Assembly (NCBI RefSeq): GCF_000012805.1
Contig: NC_007484.1
Span: forward strand, 750,001 to 782,000
Direction of reading: 5' to 3'
Source: Nitrosococcus oceani ATCC 19707
GTDB lineage: Bacteria > Pseudomonadota > Gammaproteobacteria > Nitrosococcales > Nitrosococcaceae
Length of the DNA stretch: 32,000 nucleotides
This document shows positions 1 through 9,300 of this stretch, piece by piece. Position 1 is the first letter of the stretch; each line of letters starts with the position of its first letter. The notes below the pieces were generated by a model. The model was given only the letters and a program-made list of their open reading frames with translations, was not told where the DNA came from and made no database searches. The translations under genes were made by a program, and so were the position numbers.

Positions 1-695
1 GAATAGATGCCGAATTGGCGGTTGATCAGGCGCACTTCGCCCATAACGCTGTCATCATAGCGCCATGGGGCGGTCTGACCTTTGCGCAAGGCGTTCATTA
101 CCTCGTAACCCTTGAGCATAGCCATAGGCCGTCTTCATCGATTTGAATTCCAGTGTCGGCTTGCCATGATCAGCCTCGACAATGTTGTTGAGGTATTTCA
201 CCTGACGATGCTGCGTCTCCAGCGGACACCTACCCTCCGCCTTCAGTTCGGTAATGGCGGGCCCATAAGCCTGTGCCTTGTCGGTGTTGATGGTTTCCGG
301 CTTTTCCCCATCCTTCAAACCGGCCAGCGCTTTGCCCAGGAAGCGTTTGGCCGCCTCGGCATTGCGCGTGGACGACAGATAGAAGTCGATTGTGTCACCG
401 CGCTTGTCGACGGCCCGATAGAGATAGACCCACTTGCCCTTGACCTTCACATAGGTTTCGTCAACCCGCCAGCTGCACCACATCGACGGTCGTTTCCAAT
501 ACCAGCGCAGGCGCTTTTCCATCTCTGGCGCATAGTGTGCTGCACCCATCGATAGATTGTCGTGTGATCAACCTCGACGCCGCGTTCGCACAGCATGTCT
601 TCAAGATCGGGGTAGCTGACCCCGTATTTGCAATACCAACGCACTGCCCAGAGGATCACCTCGCCGCGAAAATGACGCCATTTGAAATCGCTCAT
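1..695 (-). pseudogene. IS6-family DDE transposase, disrupted by frameshifts
   Basis: Three frame segments each match IS6 transposase: MSDFKWRHFRGEVILWAVRWYCKYG..DHTTIYRWVQH (695->~540), YAPEMEKRLRWYW..DETYVKVKGKWVYLYRAVDKRGDTIDFYLS..INTDKA..HRQVKYLNNIVEADHGK..FKSMKTAYGYAQ (~540->~110), and YEVMNALRKGQTAPW..GEVRLINRQFGIY (~110->1). The first break is a 2-nt surplus in a CACAC tract (cag cac AC tat gcg on the minus strand, about 533-540). Confidence 0.85.
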
Positions 696-760
696 AAAAC
701 ACCTGCCTCAAACCATCCGCGGCTCAGATTGCACAATCACCAACTTTTTGTAACAGGAGC
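1..760 (-). mobile_element. IS6-family insertion sequence (IS26/IS6100-like), partial; continues off the 5' edge of the window
   Basis: The transposase frames at 1-695 (-) follow the IS6 layout. The element terminus, read on the minus strand from 760 to 741, is GCTCCTGTTACAAAAAGTTG. This resembles the GGCWCTGTTGCAAA terminal inverted repeat of IS26/IS6100. Confidence 0.85.
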
Positions 761-762
761 AT

Positions 763-1010
763 GACTGGCGAGGCGACGGTATTCCTTACAAAAATGGCAA
801 GCGCCGGGAAGCATTCAACATTGTCTTGTCCATGCCTCCAGGAACAGATCGTGTTTCAGTTAAGAGGGCGGCCATGACGTTTGTGGCAGAGCTATTCGGC
901 AACCATCAGTATGTTTTCGCTGCACACGACGATGAGAAACACCTGCACGTTCACCTATCGATCAAGGCTGTTGATCATGATGGCATACGACTTAATCTTA
1001 ATCCAGGCAC
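763..1010 (+). pseudogene. Relaxase/mobilisation nuclease fragment (VirD2/TraI-type Relaxase domain), truncated at both ends
   Basis: In-frame translation from 763 reads DWRGDGIPYKNGKRREAFNIVLSMPPGTDRVSVKRAAMTFVAELFGNHQYVFAAHDDEKHLHVHLSIKAVDHDGIRLNL. It has the relaxase-type ..vlSMPpG.. segment and the histidine triad motif H-D-x3-H-x-H-x-H. The N-terminus is cut by the IS6 end at 760. Similarity is lost near 1005, where the DNA turns AT-rich. Confidence 0.6.
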
Positions 1011-1064
1011 GGCCGATATAAAACCGATTAAAGGAGCTCTTTTTATTTTTATATAGGAGAAATA

Positions 1065-1481
1065 ATGAAAACTTGGTTAGTTAACACGAATATAAGACCT
1101 GAAAATGGCAATCCGAATGCCTTTAAATACATGCTACGCCAAAACAAAGCAGCAGCTTTCTACGGGAGAGCCGTAGAAATAGATAATATTTGTAGGGGTG
1201 ATTTGGTGTGCTTATACCATAATGACAATCGTATTATTGCAGTAGGCGCAGTTGTAGAACCTTATCAAGGACACGATTTCGAAGAGATGGAATTAATTGA
1301 GCATTGGGTTGATGTTAATTGGCTCTGGAAAGCCGATTTTAACGATAGCTTTGAGCCTCTAAATTCTATCGATCGGCGTGAATTAGGTATCAAGATGGTA
1401 AATGGCACTGTGATTAATATCACCGACCAAGTTAATTATAAAGAACTACTTACGCAAATCGCGCAACGCCCAATCTTTTAA
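1065..1481 (+). CDS. Hypothetical protein, 138 aa, in an AT-rich block; weak PUA/EVE-like pattern
   Basis: Strong Shine-Dalgarno (AGGAGA) sits 7 nt before the ATG and the frame is clean. Pattern MKTWLV..GDLVCLYHNDNRIIAVGAVVEP..WVDVNWLW loosely recalls EVE/PUA-like small domains, but the family is not recognised with confidence. Confidence 0.55.
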   Translation: MKTWLVNTNIRPENGNPNAFKYMLRQNKAAAFYGRAVEIDNICRGDLVCLYHNDNRIIAVGAVVEPYQGHDFEEMELIEHWVDVNWLWKADFNDSFEPLNSIDRRELGIKMVNGTVINITDQVNYKELLTQIAQRPIF

Positions 1482-1598
1482 AATAACTATGAAACTCTCA
1501 ATAATTTAAGTTATCGGCACATAAGAAAAATAATACAGGAATGGGGTAGCGCCCAGCTCGCTGTAAAAATACACGCTAAGGATTTTGGTTAGCACAAC

Positions 1599-2171
1599 TC
1601 ATACTCTATTGGTCTTTTCTTGCGCCTCCCGGACATAGCTATAGAGAGTGGGCTTTGAAATCCCCATCATCTCGCAGATTTTCGTGACCGGCAATTTCTT
1701 CTCTTCATAGAGAGACACCACCAACGCCCGCTTATCGGAATTGAGGGACTTGCGCCGACCCCCCAAGCGACCTCGCGCCCGCGCCGCTGCCAGACCCGCC
1801 TGGGTGCGCTCCTGAATGAGATTCCGCTCGAACTCCGCCAAGGCCCCGAACAGATGAAAGGTCAGCCTGCCGGTGGGCGTGGTGGTATCAATCGACTCAT
1901 GCAGGCTTTGCAGTCCCACCCTCTGTGCATCGAGGGTGCGTATCTGCTCGATCAGATCGCGCAACGAGCGGCCCAGCCGATCCAGCCGCCAGACCACCAG
2001 GGTATCCTCCTCGCGCAACAGCTCTTTGACCTTTTCCAGGCCCGGCCGCTTCGCCACCGTACCGCTGATCTGATCCACGATCATCTTCTCGCACCCGGCC
2101 GCCTCCAGGGCATCCCGTTGCAAGCTCGGATTTTGATCCAGGGTGGATGCTCGCGCATAGCCGATTTTCAT
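1599..2171 (-). CDS. Serine recombinase (resolvase/invertase family)
   Basis: MKIGYARASTLDQNPSLQRDAL.. carries the catalytic Ser motif (YARAST.DQ). Also present are ..VWRLDRLGRS.., ..GALAEFERNLI.ERT.AG.. and a C-terminal HTH (ICEMMGISKPTLYSYV). An SD-like GGGAGAGG lies upstream. Confidence 0.9.
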   Translation of the reverse strand: MKIGYARASTLDQNPSLQRDALEAAGCEKMIVDQISGTVAKRPGLEKVKELLREEDTLVVWRLDRLGRSLRDLIEQIRTLDAQRVGLQSLHESIDTTTPTGRLTFHLFGALAEFERNLIQERTQAGLAAARARGRLGGRRKSLNSDKRALVVSLYEEKKLPVTKICEMMGISKPTLYSYVREAQEKTNRV

Positions 2172-2369
2172 GATTTGCCTCTCCCTGCGTAAAGAAACGC
2201 GATAATCAGACTTTTATATTAACGTAGATTATTTTACTCAGTAAATTGCCTATCCTGGCCGCGACAAGCAAGCAAACAGCGGGGCAGGGCAGCGAGTAAA
2301 ACAAACCCTCGTTGTCTTCAGGCTGTCTGACGCTACGTTTCATTTATCTACTGTGGGAGTAGAAAAAAG

Positions 2370-2675
2370 TTAGCCACGCAACTGCTCTGTTTGCTCAGCT
2401 GATTGTAAAGCACGGATCGGCGGATGAGAGCGCTGCCGGGCCAGAGCCAGATCAAAGTTCACCTGCATGGCAAGCCAGGTGTGGGCGGTGCTAACACCGG
2501 CCATTTCCAAGCGCAAAGCAAGATCAGGGCTGATCGCTGCTCGACCGTTCAGGACGCGGGATAGCGCTACGCGAGATATTCCCAGCCGATCAGCGGTTTC
2601 TTTCACCGTCAAGCCAAGCTCGGCAATTACGTCTTCGCGCAGTAGTTCGCCAGGGTGCGGAGGATTAATCATCAT
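2370..2675 (-). CDS. higA: HigA-family antitoxin / XRE-type HTH protein
   Basis: MMINPPHPGELLREDVIAELGLTVKETADRLGISRVALSRVLNGRAAISPDLALRLE.. is the typical HigA N-terminus and HTH. AGAGGA lies upstream of the ATG at 2675. The longer ORF in the track (to 2804) is a read-through artefact. Confidence 0.8.
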   Translation of the reverse strand: MMINPPHPGELLREDVIAELGLTVKETADRLGISRVALSRVLNGRAAISPDLALRLEMAGVSTAHTWLAMQVNFDLALARQRSHPPIRALQSAEQTEQLRG

Positions 2676-2688
2676 AGCGTTGTTTCCT

Positions 2689-2739
2689 CTAGTGGTAATC
2701 AATATAATTGACCAATTCGATATGAGCAGCTGAGAGTGG
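2689..2739 (-). pseudogene. higB: higB (RelE/ParE-superfamily killer) remnant; only the last ~16 codons remain
   Basis: The minus-strand frame reads PLSAAHIELVNYIDYH then stop (TAG at 2691-2689), 13 nt before the higA ATG. A ..(V/I)DYH end directly upstream of higA is the usual HigB arrangement. An in-frame stop lies just upstream (2742-2740) and there is no N-terminal part. Confidence 0.4.
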
Positions 2740-4097
2740 TCATTGAAAAAATAGGTAAAATAAAAAATCATCGCGTATTCCGATAATTTGTTTGGCTGGA
2801 TCATCTTGTCGGTTTTAAAGAAAAGAATTTATTGTATGGCTGGAATGGCACCGGTAAATCGAAAAGAGAAGCGCAATCGAAGAAGGTGAAGTCGGGTTGG
2901 TTATATCCGGCCGCAAGGTTGATGGTGCGGCTCTCTCAACGACTCAAGGGCTTCCTCAAGTCCGCGTCTTCAATAAAGTCTTTATTGAAGACAATGTATT
3001 TACCAGTCATGGCTCAGTAGCCCCTATCTTCTTCTCGGGCGAAGAAAACATCGAGAAGCAGAAACAGGTTGAAAAGCTCAAGGGCGACCTTGACCAATCC
3101 GAGAAAGAAGATCGCGAAAAAGATACCGAAAAGCACCGGTCAGAAAAGGCTCTTGATGATTTCAAAAAGGAGCGGGCTAAATCCATCAAAGACTTGCTGA
3201 GCTCATCTGGTGGAAATAATCCTTACAACAATTATGACAAGCGCTCGTACCAGGTAAAGTATGATGAGCTGCTTAAGCTTTCTGCTACTGAGCAAAAAGC
3301 AAAGATTTTGAGTGAGTCTGATTTTGCTGTACAGAAACAGAAGAAAGAAGTCGGCCCCGCAGGATAAATTACAACCTCTCAAGTTTAGCTACCCTGATAC
3401 CCAGCAATTAACCGATCAAGTCGTTGCTTTGCTTAAGAAAACAGTAGTTTCTTCAATCATAGAAGCTCTCAAGAACGACCAGGTGCTCTCTGGATGGTCT
3501 AGTAAAGCATAAAAAAAAAGGATCATCCCAATGATTGTCTTTTTTAAACAAGATGATTAGCAGGCACAATGAAGGGAGCGATAATTTTCAATCAGAGATC
3601 GGTGCAGCGAGAATAGCAATAGAAGGATTTCTGGTTGCGCAAAGTCTGACGGAGTATCAGTAGAAAAAGAATGAGGCCGATGTGATCGCTGACGCTCTTC
3701 AGACGGCCTTCAATAAAGCCGCCGCGTTAAAAACTGAAATTCGGAAGATAGAGAAAGATATTGAGGAACACCGCAGACCTGCCGATGAATTGAATGCCAA
3801 TATTTGTTCCTATCTTGGCAGAAAGGAGTTCACCTTTGAAATTCAAGGCAATGGTTATCAAATCAGCCGTAATGGCGCACCAGCTAAAAACCTGAGTGAA
3901 TTGGATTCATGAAAGACAGGACAAAAGACGCTGGAGAACTGCGACAGCAACTCGATCTTATCGATTTTGATGCTGCGAAAAAGGCTAGAATTATCAGATT
4001 TCTTCATACTTACTCTCATGCAGGCCAGATGTCTGATCCGGAACACGATCCATCAATTTTGACTGAAACAAAGCAGATATTATATCTAAATTTATAA
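2736..4097 (+). pseudogene. AAA_13-family ATPase (RloC/PrrC-like abortive-infection/anticodon-nuclease-type ATPase), multiply disrupted
   Basis: The N-terminus VVIEKIGKIKNHRVFR*FVWLDHLVGFKEKNLLYGWNGTGKS has its Walker A at 2835-2861 and an in-frame TAA at 2784-2786. A deletion/frameshift follows directly after the Walker A. Further family-like pieces sit in different frames: VFNKVFIEDNVF..PIFFSGEENIEKQK.., ..LKNDQVLSGW.., a degenerate CxFC region at about 3530-3560, ..LGRKEFTFEIQGNGYQISRNGAPAKNLSE, and ..RFLHTYSHA. There are several stops between 3513 and 3681. Confidence 0.6.
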
Positions 4098-4134
4098 ATA
4101 TTGAGACATTTGTGTTATATTCATTCATACTGTT

Positions 4135-4969
4135 GTGATGAGATGTTCAATTGATTTGCGCAAACGAGTAATCGATTTTGTAAGGGGCGGTGGAAGCAAG
4201 GCGGAAGCGGCCCGGAGATTTCAGGTAGGCCGCGCGAGCATTTATCGCTGGTTGTCGCAGGATGATGCGCTGTGTTACGAGCGTCCCGGCCCTCGCCGTT
4301 CACACAAGCTGGACTGGGAGGCTTTACGGGTCCATGTGGAAGACAAGGCTGCTCTCACCTATAAAGAACGCGCCCGGCATTTTGGCGTTTCGTATTACTG
4401 TATTTGGCATGCGATGCACAAAATGGGGTTAACCCGTAAAAAAAATGACGGGGTACACGCAGCGCTGTAATATGAAAAGAAAGAGCTTTCTTCGCCTTCG
4501 TGAACGCTATCGCCGCCGCGGCAAAAGATTTGTCTATCTTGATGAAAGCGGTTTTGAGCCGGAGGTTTCCCGTCGTTACGCTTACGCTCCAAAGGGGCGG
4601 CGTGTTTATGGTCTGATCTCCGGTCATCGCAGACCGCGAACCTCTTTATTGGCCGCCCGTATGGATGAAGGCTTTGAAGCGCCGTTTCTATTTGAGGGAA
4701 CCTGTAACACGGCTGTGTTCAATGCATGGCTGGAAAAAGAGCTTTGCCCCTTGCTCAACAGCAACCACATTGTCATCATGGATAATGCTCCGTTCCACAA
4801 AGCCGTTTCTTCACGTGAAATCATCAAAAAAACAGGGGCGGGAATTTTATTCCTCCCCCCTTATTCCCCTGACTTTAACCCCATAGAAAAAGACTTCGGA
4901 AATATCAAAAAAATCAGAGAATACAACGAACATGAAACCCTTGAGAATATCGTTGCAGCGTATCAGTAA
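4135..4969 (+). CDS. IS630-family DDE transposase, in two overlapping frames joined at a poly-A tract
   Basis: The N-terminal HTH part (..RKRVIDFVRGGGSKAEAARRFQVGRASIYRWL..) occupies 4135-4470. The catalytic part, with DDE residues in YLDESGF / VIMDNAPFHK / LPPYSPDFNPIEKDF, occupies 4445-4969. The frames overlap at the A8 run 4438-4445. The likely ATG is at 4138. Confidence 0.85.
4438..4445 (+). other. A8 homopolymer at the transposase frame junction (slippage site or frameshift mutation)
   Basis: GTAAAAAAAATGAC. ORF1 is in frame 1 and ORF2 in frame 2, so one nucleotide must be skipped (or two re-read) to fuse ..LTRKK to (K)TGYTQR.. Confidence 0.4.
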
Positions 4970-5057
4970 TTATAGATTTAGCTATAAATGACCTACTTTG
5001 CTTGATTCAAAAGGACGATGACCGCCACTTTGAGGAGATGAAGGCATTGGCCACCAA

Positions 5058-6314
5058 ATGAGAGTCCTTCACACATCCGACTGGCACATAGGGCGTACCC
5101 TGTACGGTAGAAAACGCTATGAGGAGTTCGAAGCCTTTCTGAACTGGCTGGCGGAGACGATTCAGCAGCATGAAATTGATGCCCTGCTGGTGGCAGGTGA
5201 TGTCTTTGACACCAGCACTCCGAGCCATCGTGCTCAGGAGCTCTATTACAGGTTCCTGTGTTGGGTGGCCGCCTCATCTTGTCGGCACGTTATCGTTGTC
5301 GCGGGAAACCACGATTCACCGTCCTTTCTCAATGCTCCCAAGGAGCTACTTAAGGCCCTTGATGTCCACGTGGTTGGAAGCACGACTTCTGACCTGGAAG
5401 AGGAAGTACTGGTGCTCAGGAATGAACAGGACGCTCCAGAACTGATTGTCTGTGCGGTACCTTACCTGCGCGACAGAGATATTCGGGTGGCGGAAGCGGG
5501 TGAGAGCGTCGAGGACAAGGAGCGCAAGCTTATTGATGGTATCCGCACTCATTACGCCGCCGTCGCTGCCCTAGCAGAACAGAAACGCGAGGAACTTGGA
5601 GGCGATATTCCTATCGTCGCTATGGGGCATTTGTTCACCGCTGGCGGACAAACCGTCGATGGCGATGGTGTGCGCGAACTCTATGTGGGCTCCCTGGCCC
5701 ATGTGACAGCCGAGGTTTTCCCGGCGAGCTTTGATTACCTGGCCCTTGGACACCTTCACGTCCCGCAAAAGGTGAAGGGCTCCGAAACCATGCGCTACAG
5801 CGGCTCTCCACTGCCCATGGGGTTCGGCGAGGCAAAACAGCAGAAGAGCGTTTGTCGGGTTGCCTTTGATCCTATAGAGGGTCACAGCAGGGCTGCATCG
5901 GTACAACTGATCGACGTGCCGGTGTTTCAAAAACTCGAGCGCATCAAGGGAGACTGGGGTGGTATTTCAAGCCGCCTCCTTGAATTGTCGGCAATGGGCC
6001 CCCCCAATGGATTAAGAATCTGGCTCGAAGTCATTTACGAAGGTGACGAAGTGGTCGGCGACCTGCGCGAGCGCCTTGAGGCTGCGATTGCCGGCACCCC
6101 AATGGAAATCCTTCGAATAAAGAACAACCGCATCATCGACCGCATGCTGGGACAAATCCATGCAGAGGAAACGCTCGACGATCTGAACGTGAATGACGTA
6201 TTCGAACGATGTCTCGCCATTCATGAGGTGCCTGAAGACCAGCGGCCGGAGCTGCTTAGGGTCTACCGGGAAACGCTCTCGTCTCTTTATGAAGACGACG
6301 TGCAGGCGCAGTAG
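5058..6314 (+). CDS. sbcD: Exonuclease SbcCD, nuclease subunit D (Mre11-like)
   Basis: MRVLHTSDWHIGRTLYG.., ..LLVAGDVFD.., ..VVAGNHDSP.. and ..ALGHLHVPQ.. are calcineurin-like phosphoesterase motifs in SbcD order. The gene lies directly upstream of sbcC. Confidence 0.9.
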   Translation: MRVLHTSDWHIGRTLYGRKRYEEFEAFLNWLAETIQQHEIDALLVAGDVFDTSTPSHRAQELYYRFLCWVAASSCRHVIVVAGNHDSPSFLNAPKELLKALDVHVVGSTTSDLEEEVLVLRNEQDAPELIVCAVPYLRDRDIRVAEAGESVEDKERKLIDGIRTHYAAVAALAEQKREELGGDIPIVAMGHLFTAGGQTVDGDGVRELYVGSLAHVTAEVFPASFDYLALGHLHVPQKVKGSETMRYSGSPLPMGFGEAKQQKSVCRVAFDPIEGHSRAASVQLIDVPVFQKLERIKGDWGGISSRLLELSAMGPPNGLRIWLEVIYEGDEVVGDLRERLEAAIAGTPMEILRIKNNRIIDRMLGQIHAEETLDDLNVNDVFERCLAIHEVPEDQRPELLRVYRETLSSLYEDDVQAQ

Positions 6315-6325
6315 ATGGGCCGGCG

Positions 6326-9300
6326 ATGAGAATACGGCAGGTACGCTTTAAGAATCTGAACTCACTGGTCGGCGAGTGGGAAATCGACTTGACGCACCCA
6401 GCCTTCGTGTCTGATGGCATCTTCGCCATTACAGGCCCTACTGGCGCGGGCAAGACGACTATTCTCGATGCCATTTGTATGGCTCTTTACGGGCGGACGC
6501 CTCGCCTAAACAAGGTCACTAAGCGTGGCAACGAGATTATGTCCCGCCAGACCGGCGAATGCTTTGCAGAGGTGACCTTCGAAACCCAGACTGGGCGTTA
6601 CCGCTGTCACTGGAGCCAGCACCGGGCACGCAAGAAGCCTGATGGCGAGCTCCAGGCTCCGAGACACGAAATTGCCAATGCCGATTCCGGTGAGATTTTC
6701 GAATCCAAAATCAGAGGGGTCGCGGACCAGATCGAGTCGGCTACCGGTATGGATTTCCACCGTTTTACCCGCTCCATGTTACTGGCCCAGGGCGGCTTTG
6801 CCGTGTTCCTCCAAGCGGTGCAGGATGAGCGGGCGCCGATCCTTGAGCAGATCACGGGCACGGAGATTTACAGCCAGATTTCCATCCGTGTTCATGAGCG
6901 CCAACGGGAAGAGCGGGAAAAACTGAACCTGCTTCAGGCTGAAACGGAAGGCATCGTGATGCTTGAGCCGGAACAGGAACAAGAGATTGGGCAGACGCTT
7001 GAGATAAAGCGGAAGGAAGAGGCAGACCTTACCGCCAAGTTCGCCGACACTGGGCAGGCCATGGCCTGGCTCACCACCATCGATGGTCTGAAGAAGGAAA
7101 TCGTCAACCTGGCCGATGAGGTGCGCAAGCTGCAAAACGATATCGAGGCGTTCAGACCGGATCGTGAAAAGCTCAACCGGGCTTTGAGTGCTGCCTCACT
7201 GGACGGCGCATACGCAACGCTCACAGCCATCCGCAAACAGCAGGTGGAGGACAGAGAAGCCTTGAAAGCTGAGGGAGAAGCGCTTCCTGGATTGGAATCC
7301 TCCGCCAAGGAGCAGGCCGAGTCACTAAAATCGGCTGAGCAACAAACCGCTCGGGTCAAAGAAGAGCTAAAAGTTGCCGCACCTACCTTGCAGAAGGTTC
7401 GCTCCCTGGATCAGGAGCTCGCCAATCTCAAAAAAACTGCGGCAGAAGATAAACAGGATTGCCAACAGGATCTTGAAAAGATTGATACAGACAAACAAGC
7501 CCGGCTTGAGGAGCAGGAAAAACGTTCCACGGCTCACGGGAATCTGGAACTTGTTGACAGCTACCTCAAGGAGCATGCACAGGATGAATGGCTGATCAGC
7601 GGCCTGGCTGGTGTGGAAGAACAGGTGAGCAGCCTACTCTCCAGGCAAAATGAAATCCATCAAAAAGAGATTGACCAGGATAAGGCCGCGAAAGCCTTGG
7701 AACAGGCGACAAAGTCACTCGACGATTGTCAGAAGCAATCTGACCTTCGGAAGCAGGCGCTGGAGGACTCATCCAAACAGCTTCAGCAGGGCAAAGATGC
7801 TTTGAGCCAGCTACTGGGGAACCGCTTATTGCGAGAATACCGCACCGAGAAGGAAACCCTGCTGCGTGAAATGGCCTTCCTGGCGAAAATAGCGGAGCTT
7901 GAAGATCACCGGGCAAAACTGGAAGATGGCAAGCCCTGTCCACTTTGCGGCGCAACCGAGCATCCCTTCGCGGCAGGCAATGTCCCTGTTGCCGATGAAT
8001 CCGAACAGAAGATCGACGCGTTGACCAGGCTGATCAGCGAAGTCGAGGATCAGGAAACCGCCATCAAGGAACACGAAAAAGCTGAAAGCTTGGCCCATAA
8101 GGACCTGACGGAGGCTGAAAAACAGGAGTCAGCAGCAGCTAATGGCAGGAAGGTTGCCGAAAAAGCCCTTGCCGAAGTGACGGACAGCTTGGAAAAACTC
8201 CGGGCTGATTTTGCTGAACGCAGGCAGGCCGTTGCTGCCAAACTTCTGCCCCTTGGTATCACGGACATCCCTGAAACGGATATTTCATTACTACCCGAAA
8301 TCCTCAGAGCACGACTGAAGGCGTGGCAGGCCCAGGTCAAGAAAAAGGCGGATATTGAGAAACAGATTACCGACCTCGACAGCGAGGTGAAACGGCTGGA
8401 TGCGGTCATTGAAACCCAAAGCACCGCTCTGGCCGAAAAGCTGAAGCGCCTGGAGAGCTTAAAGAAGGAACTCGCCACCGTGAGTGATGAGCGAAATGCA
8501 CTGTACGGCGGCAAGAATCCCGACGATGAGGAGCGCTGCTTGAACAAGGCGGTTGCTGATGCGGAAGGCGTCGAAAGGTGGGTCAGAGAGCAGCACAATG
8601 AACTCCAGCAACAATGGAAAACCGGGAAGGCCCTTGTCGAATCGTTGAAGAAAGGCATTGACCAACGAGAGCCGGAACTGAGTAGGCTGGAAACAGAATT
8701 CTTCGCAGCACTTGTGTCCGTGGATTTTTCAAATGAAGAACAGTATCTGGCAGCCCTATTGTCTTCAGAGCGGAGGGCTGAGCTGGTGACTACGGCCAAG
8801 GATCTGGATGATTGCCAAACGGACCTCAAGGCTAGGCAAAAAGATCGGGAAACGCACTTGGCTACGGAAATGGCCAAAAAGGTTACTGACCAATCTATTG
8901 AGGAACTGGAGTCGCAATCCAAGGAGTATGAAAACACACTGAAAGAGCTGCGAGATATCATTGCCAGTCTTAAGCATAAGCTCAGTGAGAATATGGCTGC
9001 CAAAGAGCGGCTAAAGGAGAAGCAAGGGGCTATCGAAGCCCAGAAAAAAGAATGTCGCAGGTGGAAGAACCTGCATGAATTAATCGGCTCCGCAGATGGT
9101 AAGAAGTACCGCAATTTTGCCCAGGGGTTGACCTTTGAAGTGATGGTTGGCCATGCCAACCGGCAACTGCGGAAAATGACTGACCGTTACTTGCTAGTCC
9201 GTGACGAGGCTCAGCCCCTGGAGCTCAACGTGGTTGACAATTACCAGGCTGGGGAGATTCGGTCCACGAAGAACCTTTCCGGCGGTGAAAGCTTTATCGT

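Larger units (their letters stand above)
4100..4995 (+). mobile_element. IS630-family insertion sequence (ends only approximate)
   Basis: It contains an IS630/Tc1-type transposase. Only weak terminal inverted repeat similarity was seen by eye (CATTTGTG..TACTGTTG near 4107-4134 versus the reverse complement of about 4963-4993). The exact termini and TA duplication are not resolved. Confidence 0.55.

Noticed and set aside
112-764. Plus-strand ORFs 112-555 and 537-764
   Set aside because: They are antisense to the IS6 transposase frames, which have clear family similarity.
2325-2334. GTCTGACGCT, a 10-mer identical to part of the Tn3 38-bp terminal inverted repeat, about 150 bp upstream of the recombinase
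   Set aside because: The rest of the 38 bp does not match: no GGGG end and no TAAG inner end. Its orientation would place the recombinase outside the element, and no tnpA is present. It is probably chance or an unrecognisable relic.
2676-2804. N-terminal extension of the higA ORF (144-aa version)
   Set aside because: The extension reads through the higB remnant and is antisense to the AAA_13 N-terminus. The HigA homology and the SD begin at the ATG at 2675.
8050-9159. 369-aa ORF on the minus strand inside sbcC
   Set aside because: It is entirely antisense to a well-supported coiled-coil gene. The Ser/Ala/Leu/Phe-rich, low-complexity translation is the expected mirror of an E/K/L/A-rich coiled coil. 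It has no motifs and no RBS.
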